Virus record (IMG/VR): IMGVR_UViG_3300032093_000084
Origin: an uncultured virus (IMG/VR IMGVR_UViG_3300032093_000084)
Taxonomy: Duplodnaviria > Heunggongvirae > Uroviricota > Caudoviricetes
Reading direction: 5' to 3' (one strand)
DNA: 20,000 nt
The notes under the pieces are model-generated. The model had not been told where the DNA came from. It was given only the letters and a program-made list of their open reading frames with translations, and ran no database searches. This document shows, piece by piece, positions 8,721 to 17,726 of this stretch (position 1 is the first letter of the stretch; every line of letters begins with the position of its first letter). A program made the translations under genes and the position numbers.

Positions 8721-9752
8721 ATGGCAAAATCAGACTTGCTAAAAGAAGCAATCGCTGACGCAAAAGCTGTTAAAGAAACTGCTTTAGCTAACGCTAAAAT
8801 TGCTTTACAAGAAGCTTTTTATCCTAGAATTCAAAGCCAAATCGCTGCAAAGCTAGCTGAAGAATTAGAGGATGAAGAAGAAGTTGATGTTACTGCCGAT
8901 GCAGGTATGGAACCAGAAATGGGAGATATGCCAGCTGAAGAACCAGTAGCTGACGACAACACAGCAGGCCTTGATGTTGGTGATTTATCAATCGATGTTG
9001 ATCAAGACGGAGAATTTGATGAATTTGATATCATGGCACGCGACGGAGAAATGGGTGCAGCTGCACCAGGTGAAGAAGAGGTGATGAGTGATGAAGAAAT
9101 GAATGATGAATTCAATGAAGAACTTAACCTTGAAGCAATTATTCGCGAATTAGAAGAAGACTTAAATGCTGAAACCGACGCAGAGGAAAAAGTAATTGAA
9201 GGTATGTATTCAGAAACAGACGAAGATCCATCAGATGAGCATTCGAAAGATATGATGGCAACTGAATCGATTGATGAAATTATCGAAGCTATTCTTCGCG
9301 AAGAAGAAGAAGGTATGATGGGTCATAAACATGATGATGCGGGAGATGCACCAGTTGAAGAAGGAGAATATCCAGAAAAAGAAAAAATGGAAATGGAACT
9401 TCAAGAAGCATATGCAACGGTTAAGCAACTTCAAGGAATTCTGTCAGAAGTAAATCTTCTTAACGCAAAACTTCTTTACACAAACAAATTGTTCCGCAAT
9501 TTTGAATTATCTGAAAATCAAAAAATGAAAGTAATTGAAAACTTTGATCGTGCAGGTAATACAAGAGAAGTAAAATTAGTATTTACAACATTAGCTGAGT
9601 CTTTCAGTCGTCCGACTAAAAAACGTGTAGTTAAAGAATCATATGCTAGCAAACCAGCTGCATCAACAGCTCCTAGCAAAGAAACAACACAAGTATTGTC
9701 AGAAGGATTTGAATTGGCAAATCGCTGGAAAAAATTAGCAGGATTGCTATAA
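8721..9752 (+). CDS. prohead scaffolding protein (T4 gp22-like role)
   Basis: Highly acidic coiled-coil protein directly upstream of the capsid gene; C-terminal RWKKLAGL; many L/I-x-E sites. Confidence 0.8.
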   Translation: MAKSDLLKEAIADAKAVKETALANAKIALQEAFYPRIQSQIAAKLAEELEDEEEVDVTADAGMEPEMGDMPAEEPVADDNTAGLDVGDLSIDVDQDGEFDEFDIMARDGEMGAAAPGEEEVMSDEEMNDEFNEELNLEAIIRELEEDLNAETDAEEKVIEGMYSETDEDPSDEHSKDMMATESIDEIIEAILREEEEGMMGHKHDDAGDAPVEEGEYPEKEKMEMELQEAYATVKQLQGILSEVNLLNAKLLYTNKLFRNFELSENQKMKVIENFDRAGNTREVKLVFTTLAESFSRPTKKRVVKESYASKPAASTAPSKETTQVLSEGFELANRWKKLAGLL

Positions 9753-9773
9753 CATTAAAAAAAAAGGAAAATC

Positions 9774-11420
9774 GTGAGTATTTCAAATTTATTACAAACA
9801 AACGATTTCGTACAACGCAACCAAGCTAAAGCGTTGGCATCGAAATGGGAAAAGACCGGTCTATTAGAAGGTCTTCGTGGCGAAACCGAAAAAGCAGGTA
9901 TGGCCCAATTGCTTGAGAACCAAGCACGTCAATTAGTAAAAGAAGCTTCTTCAACTGGTACATCAGCTGGTTCAGAAGAGTGGGCAGGTGTAGCTCTTCC
10001 ATTGGTACGTCGTATCTTTGCTGAGTTTGCTGCTAAAGAATTCGTTTCAGTTCAACCAATGAACTTGCCATCAGGTCTTATTTTTTACTTAGACTTTAAA
10101 TATGGTACAGCTCAACCAGGATTTGACGCTGACAATCTTAACCGTACAGGTGATCCATTTGGTTCTCCAAATGCTGATGATTCAATGTTTGGTGTAACAA
10201 CAACTTCAGGTGATCCATCGGGTGGTCTTTATGGTGCAGGTCGTTTTGGTTATTCAATCAACGAAACAGCTAGCATTGTTTCTGCAGCAACTGGTTCTCA
10301 ACCAACAGCCGCACAAGTAAATGGTGATTCTACATATTCTGGTTCATCTGATTATAAAATGATAACAGTAAATGTACCTACGGAAGCAGATTTATATGCA
10401 GTTCGTTCATTTATTCTTCGTTCTGGTTCAGCTCAAACTAATATCGTACCAGTTCAAGCATTTTCATCAATTGACAGCAATTACACTGCATCATTTGTTG
10501 TAACAACTACTCAAGCAGCTGCAATTTCATCTTCAATTGGTGCTGGTAATTTGCGTTTAGTATATAGCAAACAACCAACTGATATTACACGTGGTGATTT
10601 TGAAGACAACAAAGGTGCATTCTCTAACGGATACAATACTGATATTGATATTCCAGAAATTAACCTTGAAATGCAATCTGAGCCAATCGTTGCTAAGACT
10701 CGTAAGTTGAAAGCAGTTTGGACTCCTGAATTTGCTCAAGACTTAAATGCATACCATTCAATTGATGCTGAAGCTGAATTGACTTCAATGTTGTCTGAGT
10801 ATGTATCTATGGAGATCGACTTAGAGATCTTAGATATGTTGATTGCAGCAGCTCCTACAACTGAGTATTGGTCAGCTCGTAACAATACAATTTGGAATGG
10901 TACTTCATTTACAACTTTAGCAGCTGGTACAGCTACTCCAGGATTAGGTGATGGATTCTACAACACTCAAGGTGGTTGGTTCCAAACTTTAGGTACTAAA
11001 CTTCAAAAAGTATCTAATAAAATTCACCAAAAAACATTGCGTGGCGGTGCTAACTTCTTAGTAACATCTCCTGCAGTTGCAACTATCCTTGAGTCTATCC
11101 CAGGATTTGCTGCTGACACAGATGGTACTAAAATGGAATTTGCGGCAGGTGTACAAAAAATTGGTTCAATCAATAACCGTTACACTGTATACAAAAACCC
11201 ATACATGTTAGAAAACGTAATCTTAATGGGATTCCGTGGTGCACAGTTCCTTGAAACAGGTGCTGTATTTAGCCCTTATATTCCTTTGATTATGACACCG
11301 CTTGTATATGATCCGATTAACTTCACTCCACGTAAAGGTGTTATGACACGTTACGCGAAGAAAGTAGTTCGTCCAGAATTCTACGGAAAAGTATACGTAC
11401 ACGGTCTTAACACTCTTTAA
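9774..11420 (+). CDS. major capsid protein (T4 gp23-like), GTG start
   Basis: KWEKTGLLEG, VSVQPMNLPSGLIF, AKTRKLKAVWTPEFAQDLNAYHSIDAEAELT, PYIPL, FTPRKGVMTRYA are gp23-family motifs; AAGGA at 9764-9768. Confidence 0.96.
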   Translation: MSISNLLQTNDFVQRNQAKALASKWEKTGLLEGLRGETEKAGMAQLLENQARQLVKEASSTGTSAGSEEWAGVALPLVRRIFAEFAAKEFVSVQPMNLPSGLIFYLDFKYGTAQPGFDADNLNRTGDPFGSPNADDSMFGVTTTSGDPSGGLYGAGRFGYSINETASIVSAATGSQPTAAQVNGDSTYSGSSDYKMITVNVPTEADLYAVRSFILRSGSAQTNIVPVQAFSSIDSNYTASFVVTTTQAAAISSSIGAGNLRLVYSKQPTDITRGDFEDNKGAFSNGYNTDIDIPEINLEMQSEPIVAKTRKLKAVWTPEFAQDLNAYHSIDAEAELTSMLSEYVSMEIDLEILDMLIAAAPTTEYWSARNNTIWNGTSFTTLAAGTATPGLGDGFYNTQGGWFQTLGTKLQKVSNKIHQKTLRGGANFLVTSPAVATILESIPGFAADTDGTKMEFAAGVQKIGSINNRYTVYKNPYMLENVILMGFRGAQFLETGAVFSPYIPLIMTPLVYDPINFTPRKGVMTRYAKKVVRPEFYGKVYVHGLNTL

Positions 11421-11468
11421 TCGTTAATTTGATTTAATCATTTAACCAATTAATTAGTTAAGGTAAAA

Positions 11469-11500
11469 TAAGAGAGGGTGGCTTCGGTCACCCTTTCTTA
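11469..11500 (+). terminator. strong hairpin/terminator after the capsid gene
   Basis: TAAGAGAGGGTGGC-TTCG-GTCACCCTTTCTTA: 14-bp stem (2 G-U) with a cUUCGg tetraloop. Confidence 0.85.
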
Positions 11501-11508
11501 CTATTCGA

Positions 11509-11516
11509 ATATTTAT
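11509..11516 (+). promoter_or_regulatory. putative late promoter motif ATATTTAT
   Basis: Immediately after the hairpin; 15 nt before ATG 11532. Confidence 0.6.
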
Positions 11517-11531
11517 ATTAAAATAAAGATC

Positions 11532-11807
11532 ATGGCAGTAGAAAGACACAAATATTCAATGCAAGCGATAATCAGATATGATGGTCGTTTAGTAGATGTT
11601 CTAGATCGTATACGAGCTATACGTTTAGTATTAATGGTACATATCGAACAAGACTTAGGCCCAGATAAAGAATTAGTTACTATTAAAGTGATGACTGCAT
11701 ATCCTCCTAGAGAAACATATCATGCAATTAGAAAAATAGGTTTAGGAAAAATAGAAACCCTTAAAGATATGACGCTTCAAGAATCTACACTTACAAAATT
11801 GTTTTAA
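11532..11807 (+). CDS. small hypothetical protein (91 aa), possible ferredoxin-like fold
   Basis: ATG 11532 (MAVERHKY...) is preferred; the track start at 11478 lies inside the terminator hairpin. Confidence 0.75.
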   Translation: MAVERHKYSMQAIIRYDGRLVDVLDRIRAIRLVLMVHIEQDLGPDKELVTIKVMTAYPPRETYHAIRKIGLGKIETLKDMTLQESTLTKLF

Positions 11808-11823
11808 ATTAATTAAGGTTGTT

Positions 11824-12489
11824 ATGGCTACACAAAATCGGGAAAAAACTCCACCGAAAACTGATATTAAGTTTTCAATTACACTATCAGAAGAACAAAA
11901 ACAAGCAAAAGCAAAAATTATAGAAACCCCATTTAATTTTATTCTAGGAAAAGCGGGTTCGGGTAAAACATTATTAGCAGTTCAAATTGCGTTAGATATG
12001 TTTTTTAAAAGACAAATCAATAAGATTATTATAACAAGACCCACTGTATCAAATGAAGATAACGGATTTCTTCCTGGTTCATTGGCAGAAAAAATGGATC
12101 CGTGGTTAGTTCCTTTACGTAGTAATATGCGTAAAGTATATAATAAACCAGAGATTCTAGATAAAATGGAAAAAGAAGAAAATATTGAATTAGTTTCATT
12201 AGCACATTTTCGTGGAAGAACATTTGATCATGCAATTTGTATTGTTGACGAATTTCAAAACTTAACAAAACAACAACTTCAAATGGTATTATCGCGATTA
12301 GGTAAAGATAGTATCATGATTTTAACAGGCGATCGTTATCAAGTAGATTTAAAATTTAATAATGATTCAGCAGTTCATGAAGTTCCTAAGTTAACTAAGT
12401 CAAACTTCGTAAATGAAATCATATTAACAGATAATCATCGTCATGCAGCATTAGATGAAATCTTAAGATTGCTAAATGAAAGATATTGA
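11824..12489 (+). CDS. phoH: PhoH-family ATPase
   Basis: GKAGSGKT Walker A, TRPTV, GFLPG, RGRTF, IVDEFQN, GDRYQVD, NHRH motifs. Confidence 0.95.
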   Translation: MATQNREKTPPKTDIKFSITLSEEQKQAKAKIIETPFNFILGKAGSGKTLLAVQIALDMFFKRQINKIIITRPTVSNEDNGFLPGSLAEKMDPWLVPLRSNMRKVYNKPEILDKMEKEENIELVSLAHFRGRTFDHAICIVDEFQNLTKQQLQMVLSRLGKDSIMILTGDRYQVDLKFNNDSAVHEVPKLTKSNFVNEIILTDNHRHAALDEILRLLNERY

Positions 12490-12496
12490 TATTTAT
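12489..12496 (+). promoter_or_regulatory. putative late promoter motif ATATTTAT
   Basis: Overlaps the phoH stop; 18 nt before ATG 12515. Confidence 0.6.
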
Positions 12497-12514
12497 ATTT
12501 AAAAGGGAAACAAC

Positions 12515-13747
12515 ATGGATTATTCAGAAAACAAACCAATTTGGCCAGGCTCATCTTCATTTACCGTTGGATCTACACCATTTGGTTTTTTTGATAACGA
12601 TTCCGTTTTCCGATCTCATGCAGATAAATTTGCAAAAGCAGCAGCACAACATTTAGGATATCCCATAATGGATGTAGAAATGCAAGCTATAAATTTTTAT
12701 ACTGCGTTTGAAGCGGCTGCAATTGAATATTCAAATCAAGTTAATCAAGTTAACATTGTTAATAATCTAATGAATACATTAGGTATTCAAACCGGTGCTG
12801 CATTTTTATCTAATAACGATGACAGTTTAACGGGAGCATTAGTTGGAAATTCTTTTGGATATATTACTAAATTATCAAAAGCATATGGCACAGAAGCAGA
12901 TTCTGGCGGTGATGTAGAATGGAGACAAGTTGCTATACAAATGGTACCTGGCCAACAAACATATAATATAAAAGATGCAATTTCATCTTCATTAGGTATA
13001 ACAGTAACTACTTCATCAGTTGAAATTAAACGAATACTTCATAATGCACCACCAGCAATTGTACGATATTTTGATCCATTTGTTGGCACCGGGTTAGGTT
13101 CACAACAATTGTTAGATTCATTTGATTTTGGTGGTTTTTCACCATCTGTATCATTCATGATGATGCCAATTCATGCAGACTTAATGCGTTTACAATCTAT
13201 TGAATTTAACGATCAAATACGTAAATCTAGTTATTCATTTGAAGTGCATGGCGATAATATAAAAATATGGCCAGTGCCAACTTCTGGTACAGGTTCATCA
13301 TCTGCAACGCCATTCTTTAAACAAGTATATGTAGAATTTATTTTTGATGATGATAAAAATAATCAATCCGTTTTATTTGGTAATAACGCACTTTTAAACA
13401 ATGTTATAACTGACGCATCAAATATACCATATACATATCAAACCTACGGGAAAATTAATGATATGGGTCGTGCGTGGATAATTAAATATGGTATTGCACT
13501 TGCAAAAGAAATGTTAGGTTATATTCGTAATAAATATTCATCAGTACCTATTCCAAATGGCGAAGTAACATTAAATGGTTCTGATTTGGTATCACAAGGC
13601 CAATCTGAAAAAGAAACATTGATAACTCAACTTAGGGAATTTTTAGATAAAATGACAAAAGAACAAATGATGACACGTCAAAACTCTGAGGCAACTCAAA
13701 TGCATGAAATGTTATCAAAAGTTCCATTAAAAATTTACGTTGGTTAA
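12515..13747 (+). CDS. neck / head-tail adaptor protein (T4 gp13-like)
   Basis: LGYPIMDVEM at the N-terminus and WIIKYGIALAKEMLGYIRNKYSSVPIPNGEVTLNG at the C-terminus resemble gp13 necks; synteny. Confidence 0.75.
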   Translation: MDYSENKPIWPGSSSFTVGSTPFGFFDNDSVFRSHADKFAKAAAQHLGYPIMDVEMQAINFYTAFEAAAIEYSNQVNQVNIVNNLMNTLGIQTGAAFLSNNDDSLTGALVGNSFGYITKLSKAYGTEADSGGDVEWRQVAIQMVPGQQTYNIKDAISSSLGITVTTSSVEIKRILHNAPPAIVRYFDPFVGTGLGSQQLLDSFDFGGFSPSVSFMMMPIHADLMRLQSIEFNDQIRKSSYSFEVHGDNIKIWPVPTSGTGSSSATPFFKQVYVEFIFDDDKNNQSVLFGNNALLNNVITDASNIPYTYQTYGKINDMGRAWIIKYGIALAKEMLGYIRNKYSSVPIPNGEVTLNGSDLVSQGQSEKETLITQLREFLDKMTKEQMMTRQNSEATQMHEMLSKVPLKIYVG

Positions 13748-13759
13748 GAAAGGATAAGT

Positions 13760-14278
13760 ATGGCTATTTTTGGCGGAATGCGAGATGCAAAATTTTTAGC
13801 ATCAATCAATTCTGAATTAATTAACGCAATTATAGATACTGAAATTGAGTTTTATAAATTAATAGTAGAACGTTCAGCTAGTAATTTATATGGCGAATCT
13901 GAATCTAAATCTTATTATGATTCTATTTTAATTCCATGTGTTATTACTAAAGAGGGTAAAACTGCAACAATGGATGATTATGGTCATTCTTATACAAGAA
14001 CGGCACAATTTGCAATATCTCGAGATATTTTAGAACGAGCGAGTTTTTATCCAGAGGTTGGAGATATTGTATTTTGGGATAATGAATATTATGAATTAGA
14101 TAATGTAGATGCAAACCAGTATTTTGCCGGAAAAAATCCAGATACTTGGCCAAACGGAAGTCAGTTTGGTTATAGCGTATCTATTATTTGTGATGCACAT
14201 GCAACTAGACAAACCCCAACAGGTATTACAAATTTAAGAAAAGGCGGTAATAATTTAAACCCGGCGTATAAAGGATAA
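13760..14278 (+). CDS. head completion / neck protein (T4 gp14-like)
   Basis: LYGES and YPEVGDIVFW..YYE pattern; follows the gp13-like gene. Confidence 0.6.
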   Translation: MAIFGGMRDAKFLASINSELINAIIDTEIEFYKLIVERSASNLYGESESKSYYDSILIPCVITKEGKTATMDDYGHSYTRTAQFAISRDILERASFYPEVGDIVFWDNEYYELDNVDANQYFAGKNPDTWPNGSQFGYSVSIICDAHATRQTPTGITNLRKGGNNLNPAYKG

Positions 14279-14281
14279 TGA

Positions 14282-15481
14282 ATGTCTAGATTAAATAGAA
14301 GAGATATTGATCGAAAAACAAATAAACCCAATCCTATACGTACAGAAGGTTTAACGCCTGATCGAATATTAGATCGCTCGCAACAAATTCGAAGAGATAA
14401 TGATATTATTCGAACTCCTAAACGAACTGTATATGATGTAGATTTTGCGGTAAAGTCATATATTGAAAATGTAATACAGCCGCAGATAACACAACAAGAA
14501 CAATTGATATCAGTACCAGTTATTTTTGCAAATGGTGAAAAATGGGATAATGTTCGTAGATTGGGATTTTTGCGTGATGAAAAAGGAATGCTTCAATCTC
14601 CATTAATGATGATAAAAAGAAATTCAGTTTCAGAACGAGATAACGTAAAAGGATTAGATGTTAATCGAAATCCTGCAGGAAATGTTCGTGCATACAAACA
14701 ACGTTATAATGAACGTAATCGATACGAAGATGAATTATTTCCAATACCGCAAAATAATCCAACATTATCAGATAAAATATATATTGTTGATATACCTAGA
14801 TATGTTAATATCGAATATGATTTAATGCTTTGGTGCGATTTTACTACGCAACTAAATGATTTAATTGATCAAATTATGCCTTATAGTAGATTTGCGTGGG
14901 GCAATGGATCAAATGTATTTCCTGTACAATTAGGTTCATTTTCATTTGAAATTATAAATACTATAGGAGAAGATCGTTTAGTTAGAGCTACAGTACCATT
15001 AACAGTGCAAGCAGCATTACTTTCTTCACAAGAAGCACGAGTAAATACATTACGTAAACAATTTTCTGTTAAAAAAGTTACATTTGAAAATGTAGTTTCA
15101 TATGATGATATATTTAATTCCACATCTGTACCAAATTCTATAGTTCAAAGTGGCGGGTCAATACAATTTGATGATAATATTTATTTAAAAATAACGCCAG
15201 AAATTATGAATTATTTAACAAATATTACAGAACAACAAGCTACATATGCATCAGCTACTACAGTAACTATTGCAGCCGCGGCAGCAACTAATCCAATAAC
15301 ATCTGGCACTGCAACTAAAAATGAATTCGATGTATATATAAACGGCCAATATGCTGACAAAATTACATATACATGGACGCCTACTACATCTGCTACGCAA
15401 ACAATTGTATTTAATACTGCAGAATTAGGTTTTAATATTTTATCAACAGATGTAATAATTGTGAAAGGTAGGTGGGCATAA
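14282..15481 (+). CDS. tail terminator / sheath stabiliser-like protein (T4 gp15-like) with C-terminal beta-rich extension
   Basis: VPVIFANGEKW, P.YVNIEYDLMLW, QLNDLIDQIMP resemble gp15-type proteins; synteny. Confidence 0.6.
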   Translation: MSRLNRRDIDRKTNKPNPIRTEGLTPDRILDRSQQIRRDNDIIRTPKRTVYDVDFAVKSYIENVIQPQITQQEQLISVPVIFANGEKWDNVRRLGFLRDEKGMLQSPLMMIKRNSVSERDNVKGLDVNRNPAGNVRAYKQRYNERNRYEDELFPIPQNNPTLSDKIYIVDIPRYVNIEYDLMLWCDFTTQLNDLIDQIMPYSRFAWGNGSNVFPVQLGSFSFEIINTIGEDRLVRATVPLTVQAALLSSQEARVNTLRKQFSVKKVTFENVVSYDDIFNSTSVPNSIVQSGGSIQFDDNIYLKITPEIMNYLTNITEQQATYASATTVTIAAAAATNPITSGTATKNEFDVYINGQYADKITYTWTPTTSATQTIVFNTAELGFNILSTDVIIVKGRWA

Positions 15482-15810
15482 TGTCTAGACAATTTAGACC
15501 AGGACAATTACAAACCGGTTCATTATTTAATATATCTTCTAGCTATGCTGTAACTGCATCATATGCACTTAATAGCGTTGGCGGTACCGGATTCCCATTC
15601 TCAGGAAGTGCTGTAATTACCGGTTCATTAGAAATCAAAAGTGATATTAATAGTATCTTTATAATTAAAAATTTTAATAATCAGCCTATATTAACAGTAT
15701 CACAAAGTGGTGTTGTTGTTTTAGCAACACAAAGTATAGAATTAACAAATCCAGCGCCAGTAGGTGCAATCTATTTTACTTCATCTTCATTTTTTGTTGG
15801 ATTAGAATAA
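15481..15810 (+). CDS. small virion/fibre-associated protein
   Basis: ATG 15481 overlaps the upstream TAA (TAATG); SSSYAVTASYA and FPFSGSAVITGSL fibre-like motifs. Confidence 0.7.
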   Translation: MSRQFRPGQLQTGSLFNISSSYAVTASYALNSVGGTGFPFSGSAVITGSLEIKSDINSIFIIKNFNNQPILTVSQSGVVVLATQSIELTNPAPVGAIYFTSSSFFVGLE

Positions 15811-15825
15811 AAAAAAAATTAACAT

Positions 15826-15833
15826 ATATTTAT
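15826..15833 (+). promoter_or_regulatory. putative late promoter motif ATATTTAT
   Basis: Intergenic; 23 nt before ATG 15857. Confidence 0.6.
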
Positions 15834-15856
15834 ATTAAAAAATAAGGAATTTTATA

Positions 15857-17305
15857 ATGGCAACTTGGAAAAAAGTAGTAGTATCCGGTAGTAACGTATC
15901 GCAATTAGTCAATGACGCTGGTTATTTAACATCAGTAACCGCACAGGCAGCATTTGCAACTGCATCATATGATGGTACGTTATTATTAGCAAATGGCGCT
16001 AATGGTAATTTAACATTTGCATCATCATCGGGTCAAGGTTTAAATATATCAGCAAACTCAGGTACAGACACATTAACATTTGGTTTAAGTGCTATTCCAA
16101 ATACAAGTTTAGCTAACTCTGCAGTAACAGTAACTGCAGGCAACGGTTTAACTGATGGCGGATCTGTATCATTAGGTGGTTCGACAACATTAAATGTTGG
16201 AGCTGGCACGCATATTACCGTTAATGCTAATGACATTGCAGTTAACACTACAACATTAATACCAGCAATATCAGGTTCAATTTTAACTACAGTATCAGGT
16301 GATATCGCAATCACTGCACAAGGTGTTGCAACAATACAAGCTAACTCAGTAGCATTAGGTACTGACACGACAGGTAACTATGCAGCTGCAGTGAGTGCAG
16401 GAAGCGGCATCTTTGTTGGCGGTACGGCTGGCGAAGGTACGACCTTTACGGTATCTGCAGATTCTGCATCATTGGCGACATATTTTCGTCAAGATGCATA
16501 TGCAAACGTAAGTGGTGATATTACAATTAACTCATCAGGCGTTGCAGCAATTGGAACGGGAGTAATTGTTAATGCTGATGTTAATGCATCTGCCGCAATT
16601 GCAGCCTCTAAAATAAATTTCACAGGAACATCATTTGTATCTGCATCGGTTTTATCTAGTCCAGGTCAGGGTCAAGCATTATTAACAACAAATGGCGTTG
16701 CTGGTTCAACTATTGATTTAGGTTTAGAGACAGGAGACTCACCTCAATTTGTTGCATTAACATTAACAGGCGATGCAGCAGTTAATGGTGGCGATATTAC
16801 AACATCAGCTACTACATTTAACTTAGTTAATTCAAATGCAACTACAGTTAACTTTGCGGGCGCTGCAACAACATTAAATATTGGTAATGCATCTGGCACA
16901 GCAACAATTGCAGGTAATGCAATAGTTCAAGGTGACTTTACCGTTAATGGTACTACAACATATCTTAACGTACAAGATCTTTTTGTAGAAGATAAATTTA
17001 TTATATTGGCATCTGGTTCAGCAACAGCTGGCGATGGTGGTATTATTATTGACCGCGGTTCTGATGCTGCTGGTAATATTGCATACGGATATGATTCAGT
17101 AACAGATCGTTGGGGATTTCAATCAGGTGTTACAGATACAACTAACACAATAGATCCAACATCTGCATCTGGCGTTAGCGGATCGTTTGTAGCATATGTA
17201 TTTACAGAAAATGATCATGGTGCAACAAAACCAATTACCGGTGAGTTTGCAGTTCAAGGCGCACTATATACATCAAATGCTGGCGATATTTGGATTTATG
17301 CATAA
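15857..17305 (+). CDS. tail-fibre-like structural protein (Gly/Ala/Ser/Thr-rich beta repeats)
   Basis: 482 aa; repeated VSGDIxIxxxGVAxI; GDFTVNGTTTYLN...VEDKFI.L fibre-type motif; TAAGGA SD. Confidence 0.75.
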   Translation: MATWKKVVVSGSNVSQLVNDAGYLTSVTAQAAFATASYDGTLLLANGANGNLTFASSSGQGLNISANSGTDTLTFGLSAIPNTSLANSAVTVTAGNGLTDGGSVSLGGSTTLNVGAGTHITVNANDIAVNTTTLIPAISGSILTTVSGDIAITAQGVATIQANSVALGTDTTGNYAAAVSAGSGIFVGGTAGEGTTFTVSADSASLATYFRQDAYANVSGDITINSSGVAAIGTGVIVNADVNASAAIAASKINFTGTSFVSASVLSSPGQGQALLTTNGVAGSTIDLGLETGDSPQFVALTLTGDAAVNGGDITTSATTFNLVNSNATTVNFAGAATTLNIGNASGTATIAGNAIVQGDFTVNGTTTYLNVQDLFVEDKFIILASGSATAGDGGIIIDRGSDAAGNIAYGYDSVTDRWGFQSGVTDTTNTIDPTSASGVSGSFVAYVFTENDHGATKPITGEFAVQGALYTSNAGDIWIYA

Positions 17306-17323
17306 AATTATATATAATAAGTT

Positions 17324-17515
17324 ATGGGCCTCATTAAAAATATTATTTCAAAAAATAACGAAACTCAAGTTTCTAGTGTTAATCAATTAGATACACAGGA
17401 ACTTGAGTTTCTACTAAATACACTCAAACAAACAATGATTATGGGAGAACATGTAGAAATGTTTTATAATCTAGTAATCAAGTTACAAAATCAATATGTT
17501 GATCAAACAAAATAA
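17324..17515 (+). CDS. small hypothetical protein (paralogue of the next ORF)
   Basis: 63 aa; aligns without gaps to 17522-17707. Confidence 0.7.
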   Translation: MGLIKNIISKNNETQVSSVNQLDTQELEFLLNTLKQTMIMGEHVEMFYNLVIKLQNQYVDQTK

Positions 17516-17521
17516 CAAGTT

Positions 17522-17707
17522 ATGGATTTATTTTCTATAGATTTAACGCCGCAAGAAATTAGTATTTGTAGGCAAGCATTAGACATTATTACTATTACAG
17601 GTAAAGATGCAAAAACTATTGCAGGTCTACAAATGAAATTGGAATCAGAAATTGCAAACATTGCTGCGCAAATAGATTCAAATCAATCTACTAAAAAATC
17701 TAGATAA
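17522..17707 (+). CDS. small hypothetical protein (paralogue of the previous ORF)
   Basis: 61 aa; shares the LxxQE...L....IxG........LxxKL pattern. Confidence 0.7.
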   Translation: MDLFSIDLTPQEISICRQALDIITITGKDAKTIAGLQMKLESEIANIAAQIDSNQSTKKSR

Positions 17708-17708
17708 C

Positions 17709-17716
17709 ATATTTAT
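17709..17716 (+). promoter_or_regulatory. putative late promoter motif ATATTTAT
   Basis: Intergenic; precedes the structured leader of the collagen-like gene. Confidence 0.6.
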
Positions 17717-17726
17717 AATAAATTGA

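Noticed and set aside
1928..11420. Introns, inteins or stop-codon reassignment in core genes
   Set aside because: Terminase, portal, protease and capsid are uninterrupted and of normal size under the standard code
11478..11531. Longer start for the post-capsid ORF
   Set aside because: The GTG lies in the terminator stem upstream of the promoter motif; ATG 11532 fits better
15472..15480. GTG start at 15472
   Set aside because: ATG 15481 overlapping the upstream stop (TAATG) follows the coupling seen at 6287 and 7388
816..17390. Remaining short minus-strand and alternative-frame ORFs overlapping major genes
   Set aside because: Nested in or largely overlapping well-supported + strand genes or their regulatory gaps, with no recognisable motifs
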